Of a stretch of 63,510 bases of DNA, positions 19,438-28,665 are shown piece after piece. A program made the translations under genes and the position numbers. The stretch spans positions 1 through 63,510 of the forward strand of contig JACQZV010000098.1 in the NCBI GenBank assembly GCA_016213695.1, read 5' to 3'. Within the stretch, counting starts at the first letter, position 1. Every line of letters begins with the position of its first letter. A model generated the notes under the pieces. That model ran no database searches, had not been told where the DNA came from, and saw only the letters and a list, made by a program, of their open reading frames with translations. Source of the DNA: Acidobacteriota bacterium (GTDB lineage: Bacteria > Acidobacteriota > Vicinamibacteria > Vicinamibacterales > UBA2999).

Positions 19438-20558
19438 CAGTGCGTACGGCGTGACGGCGAGGCGAGGAGGTGGTCCAGGGTGTGGGCGTAGTAGCGCAGC
19501 ACGTTGCGTTCGCGGACGCGCACTCGGCTCTGCTCCACGACGACAATCCCTCGCGCTTCGAGCGGCTCGAGCCCGGCCTCGATCGCCTCCTCGCCGCTCG
19601 TAACGCCCAGGTTGGCGCCTTTCGACCGCAGCGTGTCGATCACCGCATCGGCGCGCGCCTGCAGGTCGCGGCGGGAAATCGACGGCCGCATCGCATTGGC
19701 CACGACCGCCGTCGGCAGCACCTTGTAGAGCCGCCCGATCGCGTCCATCACCGTGTGCGCGAACTCGAGCACGTCGCGGCGGGAGGACGGGTCGATGTCG
19801 ACCGCGATCGGCTTGCCGAAGGTGACAAAGGCCCGCGAGCGATAGCCGACCGCGTGCCGCACCATTTCGGCGAGCTCGCGGCTGAACGGGCGCTGCGTGC
19901 GCTTGACGCGCTGGCGCGCCAGCACGTGGTCCTCGAGCACCAGGTCGTAGGCGACCGCCGTCGGCAGCACCACCAGGTGCGGCGTATCGGCCTGCAGCGC
20001 CGCGTGCATGAGTCCCGTCTTCGGGCTCTTGATGTCGCCGCTGTAGCTGCGGCCGCCTTCCGGGTAGAAAAACAGGTCGTGCGTCCGCAGCAGTTCCGCG
20101 ACGTACGCCTTCAGCGTGATCAGGTACGCCGGATCCCTGGTGTTGCGGCGGATCGGAATCGCGCCGGTCACGTGGCGGTGCAGCAGGCCGAGCGGGCCGC
20201 CGAAGAGGTTGATGCCCGCGGCGATGATGGGCGGCCGCACGCCGTTCTCATCGAGCACGAGCAGCTCCACGAGATAGTCGGTGTGGCTCTTGTGATTGGA
20301 CGCGTACACGACCCGGCCGGCGCGTGTCGCCGCCCGGGCGCGATCGATGTGCTCCGGCACGCGCTCGATCTTGCGGAGGATGGGGTACAGCGGATGCCTG
20401 AGCGCCCGGTAAATCGGGTAGCGCTGCGTGGTGCACAGCTCTTCCAGGTAGGCTTCGATACGCTCGCGCGGCGCGCGCCCGCTCCGGCCCTGGCTGCCCT
20501 CGATGTAGCGCGCGACCTCTGCCCGCGCCAACACCGCGTCGGTGATCTCGTCGATCAT
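19437..20558 (-). CDS. Glycerolipid acyltransferase (PlsB/PlsC-like)
   Basis: NHKSHTDY (HX4D), AAGINL, FYPEGGRSYSG. Confidence 0.82.
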   Translation of the reverse strand: MIDEITDAVLARAEVARYIEGSQGRSGRAPRERIEAYLEELCTTQRYPIYRALRHPLYPILRKIERVPEHIDRARAATRAGRVVYASNHKSHTDYLVELLVLDENGVRPPIIAAGINLFGGPLGLLHRHVTGAIPIRRNTRDPAYLITLKAYVAELLRTHDLFFYPEGGRSYSGDIKSPKTGLMHAALQADTPHLVVLPTAVAYDLVLEDHVLARQRVKRTQRPFSRELAEMVRHAVGYRSRAFVTFGKPIAVDIDPSSRRDVLEFAHTVMDAIGRLYKVLPTAVVANAMRPSISRRDLQARADAVIDTLRSKGANLGVTSGEEAIEAGLEPLEARGIVVVEQSRVRVRERNVLRYYAHTLDHLLASPSRRTH

Positions 20559-20576
20559 GGGCAGAAGGGACTATAT

Positions 20577-20625
20577 CAGGAGACAGGAGTCAGGCGACAG
20601 GAGTCAGGAGATAGGCGTCAGGAGG
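20577..20625. repeat. Heptamer tandem repeat (CAGGAGT/A x7)
   Basis: caggaga caggagt caggcga caggagt caggaga taggcgt caggagg. Confidence 0.8.
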
Positions 20626-21617
20626 TGCTCTGAGATCGCGTCGGCGAACTCGGTGGTCGTCGCGGCGCCGCCGAGGTCGCGCGTCCGGACGCGCCCCTCC
20701 GCGAGCACCTGCCGCAGCGCCAGCATGATCCGATCGGCCGCCTCCTCTTCCCCCAGGTGCCGTAACATCAGGAGCGCCGAGAGCAGCAGCGCCATCGGAT
20801 TCGCGATGTTCCGACCCGCGATGTCGGGCGCGCTGCCGTGCACCGCCTCGAACACCGCGATGTCGTCGCCGAGATTCGCGCCTGGCACCACGCCGAGGCC
20901 GCCCACCAGTCCCGCGCACAGGTCGGACACGATATCGCCGTACAGGTTCGGGAGCAGCAGCATATCGAACGCCGACGGGTCGAGCACCAGCTGCATGCAC
21001 ATCGCGTCCACGATCCGGTCGTCGAACGTGATGTCGGGGTACTCGGCCGCCACCTGGCGGGCGCTGTCGAGAAAGAGGCCGTCGCCGAGCTTCATGATGT
21101 TGGCCTTGTGCACCGCTGTGACACGCGCGCGTCCGTTCGCGCGCGCGTACTCGAACGCAAAGCGCGCGATGCGCGTCGACGCCGACTGCGTGATGATCTT
21201 CAGGCTCTCGATCACGCCGGGCACGATTTCGTGCTCGAGGCCGGCGTACAGGTCCTCGGTGTTTTCGCGGACGATCACGAGATCGACCTGCTCGTAGCGC
21301 GATCGGACCGACGGCAGCTTCCAGACGGGCCGCAGGTTCGCAAACAGATCGAGCGCCTTGCGGAGGCCCACGTTGACGCTGGTGAACCCGCCGCCGACCG
21401 GCGTCGTCAGCGGTCCCTTGAGCGCCACTTTGTTCCGGCGGATCGAGGCGAGCACCTCGGCCGGCAGCGTCGTGCCGTGCCGTTCGAGCGCGGCCGCGCC
21501 GGCCAGACACGACTCCCATTCGATGTCCACGCCCGCCCGATCGAGGATGCCGACAACGGCAGCCGCGACCTCCGGCCCGATGCCGTCGCCAGGCAGAAGG
21601 GTAATCGTGTGCGTCAT
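20604..21617 (-). CDS. NAD-dependent isocitrate/isopropylmalate dehydrogenase family
   Basis: ITLLPGDGIGPEV, SVNVGLRK, RENTEDLYAG, VHKANIMK, PNLYGDIVSD, FEAVHGSAPDIAG. Confidence 0.92.
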   Translation of the reverse strand: MTHTITLLPGDGIGPEVAAAVVGILDRAGVDIEWESCLAGAAALERHGTTLPAEVLASIRRNKVALKGPLTTPVGGGFTSVNVGLRKALDLFANLRPVWKLPSVRSRYEQVDLVIVRENTEDLYAGLEHEIVPGVIESLKIITQSASTRIARFAFEYARANGRARVTAVHKANIMKLGDGLFLDSARQVAAEYPDITFDDRIVDAMCMQLVLDPSAFDMLLLPNLYGDIVSDLCAGLVGGLGVVPGANLGDDIAVFEAVHGSAPDIAGRNIANPMALLLSALLMLRHLGEEEAADRIMLALRQVLAEGRVRTRDLGGAATTTEFADAISEHLLTPIS

Positions 21618-22108
21618 GATTGTTCTCTGGCTTCCCAATAGAGCAAGATCAGTGCCGCTCCCATCGCGCACAGCATCAGCCGCGTCGACAGCTGGTGCAG
21701 TTCTTCGAAACGGACCCGGCGGGCGTCGGCCGCGGCGAGCCGCGAGGGGAGACCGCCTGCCTCCTGCTGCACGGCATCGATGCGCGGCAGCACCACGAGG
21801 CCGGAATAGAGCGTCGTCGCGAGCATCGCGGCGATGATCACGGCGCGCACGCCGAAGGCGGTCGGCCGCGGCCCGAGCAGGCGCATGGCCGAGAGCGTCA
21901 CGAGCAGCAGCAGGCCTGCCGCGTAGGCGACATAGTGGAAGCGCGCGAGCGTCGCGCCAAACAGCTCGCCGGCGAGCGCGCGACCCGTGACCGGCTCGGT
22001 CGCCTGGAGCACCTGGAACGTCGTCGGCGCGACGAGCGCGCCGAGCGTGAGCATGCCGCCGAGCCAGACGACGAGCGCCAGGACGTACACGTACCGCAGC
22101 GCGAGCAT
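21614..22108 (-). CDS. DUF4149-like membrane protein
   Basis: MLALRYVYVLALVVWLGGM, 4 hydrophobic helices, RFEELHQLS; ATGA overlap with the dehydrogenase. Confidence 0.75.
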   Translation of the reverse strand: MLALRYVYVLALVVWLGGMLTLGALVAPTTFQVLQATEPVTGRALAGELFGATLARFHYVAYAAGLLLLVTLSAMRLLGPRPTAFGVRAVIIAAMLATTLYSGLVVLPRIDAVQQEAGGLPSRLAAADARRVRFEELHQLSTRLMLCAMGAALILLYWEAREQS

Positions 22109-22114
22109 CAGCAG

Positions 22115-22122
22115 ATTATAAT
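22115..22122. promoter_or_regulatory. Palindromic ATTATAAT giving a perfect -10 (TATAAT) on both strands
   Basis: + TATAAT 22117-22122; - TATAAT 22120-22115; lies in a 33-bp divergent intergenic gap. Confidence 0.65.
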
Positions 22123-22141
22123 TCTCGGACCCGGAGGAAAT

Positions 22142-24001
22142 TTGCCCGTCCAGACATCGGTACGCGTCCCAGCGCTCATGAACATCGCCACGCGGTTGCG
22201 CATCGATTCGGTGCGCGCGACGTCGGAAGCCGGCAGCGGCCATCCAAGTACCTGCTGCTCGGCGGCCGAGATCGTCGCCGCGCTGTTTTTCGCCGAGATG
22301 CAGTACGACCCGCGCGATCCCAGGAATCCCGACAGCGATCGCTTCGTGCTGTCGAAGGGGCACGCCGCACCGCTTCTCTACGCCGCGTGGGCCGAGGCCG
22401 GGTTCCTCAAGCGCGACGACCTGGTGTCGCTGCGGCGGCTTGAGTCCGACCTCGAAGGCCACCCGACGCCGCGGCTGCCGTTCGTGGACGTGGCGACCGG
22501 CTCGCTCGGCCAGGGACTGAGCGCCGGCGTCGGCATTGCCCTGAACGCGAGGCGGATCGAGTCGGACTATCGCACCTACGTCCTGATGGGCGACGGGGAG
22601 ACGGCGGAGGGCGCCGTCTGGGAGGCCGCCGGCGTCGCGGCAGCGGAGAAGCTGGACTCGCTCTGCGGCATCACCGACGTGAACGCGCTCGGCCAGAGCG
22701 GCCCGACGCAGTGGCAGCACGACCTCGACACGCTGGCGGCGCGCTGGCGCGCGTTCGGCTGGCACACGCTGACCGTCAACGGCCACGATTTCGCCAAGAT
22801 TCTCGATGCCCTGGCGGAGGCGCGAGCGACGCGCGGCCGCCCGACCATGATTCTGGCGCGGACGCTCAAGGGGAAGGGCATCTCGTTTGTCGAAGGGAAG
22901 GGGGGCTGGCACGGCCGGCCGCTCAAGAAGGGCGAGGAGCTCGACAAAGCGCTGTCCGAGCTGCAATCGCAGTTGGTCCCGGAGGAAGGCCCCGTTCCGC
23001 CGCCGGCAGCGCCGCGCACGGTACGTGGGGCGGGTCCCGCGGAGCGGACCCGGCGACCCCTTGGCGCGCCCCCCTACACGCTTGGCGACAGCGTGGCGAC
23101 GCGCGAAGCGTACGGCGCGGCCATCGCCCGCCTGGCCGCCGGCGACGACCGCATCGTGGCGCTCGATGCCGACGTGAAGAACTCGACCTACAGCGAGAAG
23201 TTCGAGGCGGCCTGCCCGCAGCGCTTCTACCAGACCGTCTTCGCCGAGCTGGCGAGGCTCGGCGGCGCGATGGGGCTGGCCAGCCGCGGCGCGATCCCGT
23301 TTCCGTCCACCTTCGCGGCGTTCCTCACCCGCGCGTACGACTTCGTGCGCATGGCGGCCATCAGCCGGCTGAACGTCAAGATCGCCGGCTCGCACGCCGG
23401 CGTCTCGATTGGCGAGGACGGGCCGTCGCAGATGGCGCTCGAGGATCTCGCCATGATGCGCGCGCAGCCGAACGTCGCCGTGCTCTATCCCTCCGACGGC
23501 GTGAGTACCGAGCGCCTGGTGGAGCGCATGGCGTACTGCCAGGGCCCCGTGTACATGCGGACCACGCGCCCCAAGACGCCGGTGATCTACGGGCCCGACG
23601 AGACGTTCGAGATCGGCGGCCTGAAGGTGGTCCGGGAGAGCGGCAGTGACGTCGCCACTGTCATCGGCGCCGGCGTGACGCTGTTCGAGGCGCTGAAGGC
23701 GTACGACGAGCTGCAGGCGCAGGGCCTCACGATCCGCGTCGTCGATCTGTACTCGGTGCAGCCGGTCGATGCCGACGCGCTGCTCCGGTGCGCGCGCGAG
23801 ACGAAGGGACGGCTGATCACGGTCGAGGACCATTACGCCGGCGGCGGCATCGGCGACGCCGTGGCGGCAGCCGTCGCCCCGGGCGGCTTCACCGTGCAGC
23901 GACTGGCCGTGAGAGAGATTCCACGCAGCGGCACCCCGGCGCAACTCCTCGATCAGTACGGCATCTCCGCGCGTCACATCGTCGCGGCCGTGCGCGGGTA
24001 G
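22142..24001 (+). CDS. tkt: Transketolase (short, eukaryote-like type)
   Basis: SGHPSTCCS, LSKGHAAP, ATGSLGQG, LMGDGETAEG, SHAGVSIGEDGPSQM, TVEDHY; TTG start after GGAGG. Confidence 0.9.
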   Translation: MPVQTSVRVPALMNIATRLRIDSVRATSEAGSGHPSTCCSAAEIVAALFFAEMQYDPRDPRNPDSDRFVLSKGHAAPLLYAAWAEAGFLKRDDLVSLRRLESDLEGHPTPRLPFVDVATGSLGQGLSAGVGIALNARRIESDYRTYVLMGDGETAEGAVWEAAGVAAAEKLDSLCGITDVNALGQSGPTQWQHDLDTLAARWRAFGWHTLTVNGHDFAKILDALAEARATRGRPTMILARTLKGKGISFVEGKGGWHGRPLKKGEELDKALSELQSQLVPEEGPVPPPAAPRTVRGAGPAERTRRPLGAPPYTLGDSVATREAYGAAIARLAAGDDRIVALDADVKNSTYSEKFEAACPQRFYQTVFAELARLGGAMGLASRGAIPFPSTFAAFLTRAYDFVRMAAISRLNVKIAGSHAGVSIGEDGPSQMALEDLAMMRAQPNVAVLYPSDGVSTERLVERMAYCQGPVYMRTTRPKTPVIYGPDETFEIGGLKVVRESGSDVATVIGAGVTLFEALKAYDELQAQGLTIRVVDLYSVQPVDADALLRCARETKGRLITVEDHYAGGGIGDAVAAAVAPGGFTVQRLAVREIPRSGTPAQLLDQYGISARHIVAAVRG

Positions 24002-24061
24002 CTCCGGCGGGTCCGCCGTCTTCGCTGTACGTAGGCCGGGTCTCGCGCTCTTCGGCTGTGC

Positions 24062-25408
24062 TCAGGGCGCAGCCCCGGCAGCCCCGGCATGAACGGCGAC
24101 GAGCGCGTCGACCGTTACCGGGCAGAGCTGGGTCCCCCGACCTTCCCTGATAATCGCCAGCACCTTATCGAGCGGCATCGCGCCGCGGTAGGGCCGTTCG
24201 GCCGACAGCGCGTCGAAGATGTCGGCCGCGGCCAGAATCCGCGCCGTCTGCGACAGCGCCTCCCCGGGCACGCCGCGATGATAGCCGCGGCCGTCGATGC
24301 GCTCGTGATGGCAGCTCGCGTCGTAGGCAAACTCCGAAAACACCGGCACGCGCGCCAGGATTTCGTACGTGAAGTACGGATGCCGCTTCACGACGCCCCA
24401 TTCGGCGGGGTCGAGCTTCCCCGGCTTGTCCAGGATGCGGTTCGGCACCGACAGCTTGCCGATGTCGTGCAGCAGGGCGGCGCGGCGGAGGCGGACCCGC
24501 TGCACCTCGGACAGCCCCATGTGCGCGGCCACCTGGCCGGAAATGGCAGCCACGCGGTCGGAGTGCTGATAGGTGAACGTCGACTTGGCGTCGACGACGA
24601 GCGCGAACGCGTGGGCGATGCGGTCGAGGCGCGGCTCGTCTGCCGGAATCACCCGCTCGACCGGCTCGGCGGCGGCAATCGCCTGCGCCAGCGGCTCCGC
24701 GCGCAGGTCCGACCAGATCCGGTCGCTGCTCCCGAGCGCGCAGAAGGCCCTGGCGAGTTCGGGATCGAACCAGCGCCCGCGGCGCTCGTTCACCACCCGG
24801 AGCGCCCCCTCGGGGCCCTCGAGCCCGCAGAAGATTTCGGCGACCTGCGCGAGGCCGATGACGCGCGAATACAGCGGAATCTCGTGGCGGCGCAGCCCTT
24901 CCGGGTACCCGCCGCCGTCCCAGTGCTCGTCCATGGAGCGGATGGCCACCGCCGTCGGTTCGGAGACGCCGAGCGCCCGCGCGATATTGGCGCCGCGGTC
25001 GCAGCGGATCTCGAACAGCTCGCGCTGGCTCGACGGCCCGGCGAGCGCGAGCGTCGTGAAGCGGCGCAGCCGCTCGACCACCGATCCGCCGGGCTCGGTG
25101 TACTCGAACGCGTAGGCGATCTTCTCCCGCCAGTTCCGCCAGTCGCGCTCCCACAGCCCGCGCTTGGCGCGCTGGTCGCTCCCGCCGAAGAGCTGGCTGA
25201 CGCGGGCGGCGTTGCTCGAGCAGCCGGCGTCTTTCATGAGCAGGGCGTAGAACAGATCGGAGCGCTGGTCGGGCCGGAGCTCCAGCTGGTCGGCGACGCG
25301 CATGCCGAGGAGGCAGCTGCGGGCGGCGTGTCCGAGCGGCTGGCCTTCGGTCAGATCGAGGGCGTAGGAGAGCGCCGACAGGACGGTCGACAGTTTGACC
25401 GTGCTCAA
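24062..25408 (-). CDS. HD-GYP domain protein with tandem HD domains
   Basis: N-terminal LLMKDAG...DEHWDGGGYPEG; C-terminal LLHDIGK...HHERIDGRGYHRG...ADIFDAL. Confidence 0.88.
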   Translation of the reverse strand: MSTVKLSTVLSALSYALDLTEGQPLGHAARSCLLGMRVADQLELRPDQRSDLFYALLMKDAGCSSNAARVSQLFGGSDQRAKRGLWERDWRNWREKIAYAFEYTEPGGSVVERLRRFTTLALAGPSSQRELFEIRCDRGANIARALGVSEPTAVAIRSMDEHWDGGGYPEGLRRHEIPLYSRVIGLAQVAEIFCGLEGPEGALRVVNERRGRWFDPELARAFCALGSSDRIWSDLRAEPLAQAIAAAEPVERVIPADEPRLDRIAHAFALVVDAKSTFTYQHSDRVAAISGQVAAHMGLSEVQRVRLRRAALLHDIGKLSVPNRILDKPGKLDPAEWGVVKRHPYFTYEILARVPVFSEFAYDASCHHERIDGRGYHRGVPGEALSQTARILAAADIFDALSAERPYRGAMPLDKVLAIIREGRGTQLCPVTVDALVAVHAGAAGAAP

Positions 25409-25986
25409 CGCGGGAATCCTGCCGCGTCGAGGACGCGCCGGGCCTGCGCGAGATGCCGGCGCTCGTGCGCGACCATCGTGGCGAACGCCGACCCGAGCGG
25501 CAGCCGCAGCCAGCGCGCCGCGGGCGAGGCGACGCGCGCGCGGGCGAGGTCCAGGCCGTTGGCCTGCCGCAGCCGGTCGATGTACTGCACCTGGTAGGCG
25601 CGGAATGCCGCCATGACGTCGTGTCGGGAGCGCCCGGGTACCGGATGGAAGGCGCGCGGCGCCCTGACGCGGAGCCAGGGCTCCGGTCCGCTCAGCGACA
25701 CGAAGAGCCGTCCGACCCAGTTGTACGCGTGCGGACCTGGCGCGTAGAGGCCGCGCCGTATGGCGTCGGCGATGCCTTCATCCAGCACCGGCAGGTAGCC
25801 GCGCGCCGTGGCGTTCAGGTGATCGAGGCACTCGGCCACCGACCAGCGGCCGGGCGCCGGCTGCCACGCGAACTGCGCGTCGCCGAGCGCCGCCGCGAGC
25901 CGATCCGCTTCCGCGGCGAGCTGCTCGAACTGTCTGCGGAATTCGTCAATCTCCGGCGCGAGTGCCAGCGGACTGCGGGTGGACAC
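25405..25986 (-). CDS. DinB-family protein
   Basis: WSVAECLDHL...HERRHLAQ. Confidence 0.85.
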   Translation of the reverse strand: MSTRSPLALAPEIDEFRRQFEQLAAEADRLAAALGDAQFAWQPAPGRWSVAECLDHLNATARGYLPVLDEGIADAIRRGLYAPGPHAYNWVGRLFVSLSGPEPWLRVRAPRAFHPVPGRSRHDVMAAFRAYQVQYIDRLRQANGLDLARARVASPAARWLRLPLGSAFATMVAHERRHLAQARRVLDAAGFPR

Positions 25987-26044
25987 GTCCGCTTATGTTA
26001 TCGGCTCATTCCGCTGAATGGGAGAACTGCAGCATACTGAACGA

Positions 26045-27457
26045 ATGTGTCCGTCTACTCATGCACGACTGCTGGCACCGCTCGTGGCGCTGGTGCTGGC
26101 GGCGACCGTGGCAGCCCAGGATCGGGCCGGCGTGCAGCTGGCCGCCGGCAGCCCGTTCAGAGGTGGCGTTCCCACCGGCGCCGTGTCGCCCCAGCCGATC
26201 CCGCTCTCGATTGGCGACGCGATCCGGCAGGCGCTCGACCGTAACCTCGGCGTGCTGCAGGCCGACGAGCGCGTCGATCGGGCGCGCGGCGCGCGATGGG
26301 ATGCGCTCAGCCGGCTGCTGCCGCACCTCAGCGCCGGCGTGACCGAGACCCGCCGCAAGACCAGCCTGGAGGTCTTCGGCTTTCCCCTGCGCGGCGAGTT
26401 TCCCCGCATCGTGGGCCCCTTCAACGTGTTCGACGCGCGCCTGTTCGCGTCGCAGGCGCTCGTCGACCGTCCGGCCGCGCTCGACAGCCGCGCCGAGGCC
26501 CACAACCTCGAGGCGGCGCGCCAGGACTACCGCAGCGCACGCGACCTCGTCGTACTGGTGTCCGCGAACCTCTATCTGGAGGCGCTGGCGGCGTCGGCAC
26601 GGGTCGAGACCGCCCGCGCGCAGCGCGACACCGCGGAGGCGCTGTACCGCCAGGCGCAGGATCTGCGGCAGAGCGGCATCATTGCCGGCCTCGATGTCGT
26701 TCGCGCCGAAGTCCGGTTGAGCGCCGATCGGCAGCGCGCGACGGCGGCGATGAACGAATTCCAGAAAGCCAAGCTGCAGCTGGCGCGCGTCATCGGCCTG
26801 CCGATTGGCCAGGAGTTCACGTTGAGCAGCGTGCTGCCCACCGTACCGGTGCCCGACATGAGGCTGGACGAGGCGCTCGAGCGCGCGTACCGGGAGCGCC
26901 CCGACGTCCGCGCCGCCGCCGAGCGGGTGTCGGCGGCCGAGACGGCCCGGCGGGCGGTGAGCGCCGAGCGGCTGCCGTCGGTGAACGTCAACGCCGACTA
27001 CGGCGCCATCGGCCTGACCGCGGCGTCGACGCTCTCGACCTTCGCGGTGACGGGCACGGTGAACGTGCCGATTTTCGAGGGCGGCCGGATCCGCGCCAGA
27101 CTGGTGGAGGCCGATGCCGACCTGCGCCACCGGCGCATGGAGCTCGAGGATCTGCGCGCGGAAATCTATTACGAGGTTCGCAGCGCCTTCCTCGACCTGC
27201 AGGCCACCGGCGAAGAGCTCGAAACGGCCACGCGGGCGCGCGAGCTGGCCGGCCAGCAGCTCGCGCAGTCGCGCGACCGGTTCGCCGCGGGCGTCGCCAG
27301 CAACATCGAGGTCGTCCAGGCGCAGGAAGCGGTGACGCTGGCCAGCGAGCAGTACATCGGCGCGCTCTACGGCTTTAACGTCTCGAAGGCGCTGCTCGCG
27401 CGGTCGCTCGGCGCCGCCGAAACCACGGTGGGAAGCTATCTCGGAGGGGCGAACTGA
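26045..27457 (+). CDS. TolC-family outer membrane efflux protein
   Basis: Signal peptide; AIRQALDRNL, RFAAGVASNIEVVQAQ; heads an efflux operon; alternative ATG at 26018. Confidence 0.88.
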   Translation: MCPSTHARLLAPLVALVLAATVAAQDRAGVQLAAGSPFRGGVPTGAVSPQPIPLSIGDAIRQALDRNLGVLQADERVDRARGARWDALSRLLPHLSAGVTETRRKTSLEVFGFPLRGEFPRIVGPFNVFDARLFASQALVDRPAALDSRAEAHNLEAARQDYRSARDLVVLVSANLYLEALAASARVETARAQRDTAEALYRQAQDLRQSGIIAGLDVVRAEVRLSADRQRATAAMNEFQKAKLQLARVIGLPIGQEFTLSSVLPTVPVPDMRLDEALERAYRERPDVRAAAERVSAAETARRAVSAERLPSVNVNADYGAIGLTAASTLSTFAVTGTVNVPIFEGGRIRARLVEADADLRHRRMELEDLRAEIYYEVRSAFLDLQATGEELETATRARELAGQQLAQSRDRFAAGVASNIEVVQAQEAVTLASEQYIGALYGFNVSKALLARSLGAAETTVGSYLGGAN

Positions 27458-28659
27458 TGAACAGGGGGCTCCGGGTTCTGATTGCCGGCATCTGTCTTGC
27501 GCTCATCGGCGCCGGGGCCTGGCTCTGGGCGACAAGGGGACGCGAGTCCACCGACGATGCGCAGGTTGAGGCGCACGTGACACCGATTGCGCCGCGTGTC
27601 GGCGGCCTGGTGATGGCCGTGCCGGTGAGCGACAACCAGCAGGTCGAGGCGGGTACCGTGCTCGTACAGATCGACCAGCGCGACTACCAGCTCGCGCTCG
27701 ACCGCGCGCGCGCCGAGCTGGCCGACGCGCAGGCAGCCGCGGTGGCGGCGCGGGCCGACGTGCCGATCACGGCAACGACCGCCACCGGCAACATTTCGAC
27801 CGCCACGGGCCGTCTTGCGGCCTCGCGGGCCGCCGTGGCGGAGGCGGAGCAGTCGATCGAGGCGGCGCGCGCCCGGCTGGCTTCGGCGCAGGCCCGGGTC
27901 AGGGAAACCGAGGCGAACGCCACGAAAGCCGCCAGGGATGTCGAGCGGCTGAAGACGCTGCTGGCCAAAGACGAGATCCCGCAGCAGCAGTTCGATGCCG
28001 TCGTGGGAGACGCGGACGCGCGGGCGGCCGCCGTCGAATCGGCCCGGTCGCAGGTGCGTGAGGCCGACGCGGGCATCCGCGTCGCCGAGAGCCACGCGCA
28101 GCAGGCGCAGGCGGGCGAGCAGGAGGCGACCGCGGAGCTGCAGCGCGCCCAGACGGCGCCGGAGCAGGTGGCCGCCATGCGCGCCCGCGCGCAGGCGGCC
28201 GGAGCCCGTATTCAGCAGCTCGAGGTGGCGGTGAAGCAGGCGGAGCTCAATCTGGAGCACGCCACCGTCAGGACGTTGGTCGCCGGCATCGTCAGCCGCC
28301 GGAGCGTCGAGCCCGGACAGGTGATTCAGCCCGGCCAGCCGCTGATGACCGTCATTCCGCTCGACCGCGTCTGGATTACGGCGAACTTCAAGGAAACGCA
28401 GCTCGAGCGCATGCGTCCGGGGCAGCGCGTGGAGGTGGACGTTGACGCGTACGGCGGGCGGATGTTCAACGGCAAGATTGACAGCATTGCCGCGGCCACC
28501 GGCGCCCGCTTCAGCCTGCTGCCGCCGGAGAACGCCACCGGCAACTTCGTGAAAGTCGTGCAGCGCGTACCGGTGAAGATCGTGCTCGACGACGGGCAGG
28601 ACCCCGAGCGCCTGCTGCGGCCGGGCATGTCGGTGACGCCGACCGTCTACACGCGCTAG
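27457..28659 (+). CDS. emrA: HlyD/EmrA-family membrane fusion protein
   Basis: STDDAQV, IAPRVGG, WITANFKETQL, FSLLPPENATGNFVKVVQRVPVKI. Confidence 0.92.
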   Translation: MNRGLRVLIAGICLALIGAGAWLWATRGRESTDDAQVEAHVTPIAPRVGGLVMAVPVSDNQQVEAGTVLVQIDQRDYQLALDRARAELADAQAAAVAARADVPITATTATGNISTATGRLAASRAAVAEAEQSIEAARARLASAQARVRETEANATKAARDVERLKTLLAKDEIPQQQFDAVVGDADARAAAVESARSQVREADAGIRVAESHAQQAQAGEQEATAELQRAQTAPEQVAAMRARAQAAGARIQQLEVAVKQAELNLEHATVRTLVAGIVSRRSVEPGQVIQPGQPLMTVIPLDRVWITANFKETQLERMRPGQRVEVDVDAYGGRMFNGKIDSIAAATGARFSLLPPENATGNFVKVVQRVPVKIVLDDGQDPERLLRPGMSVTPTVYTR

Positions 28660-28665
28660 CGCCGG

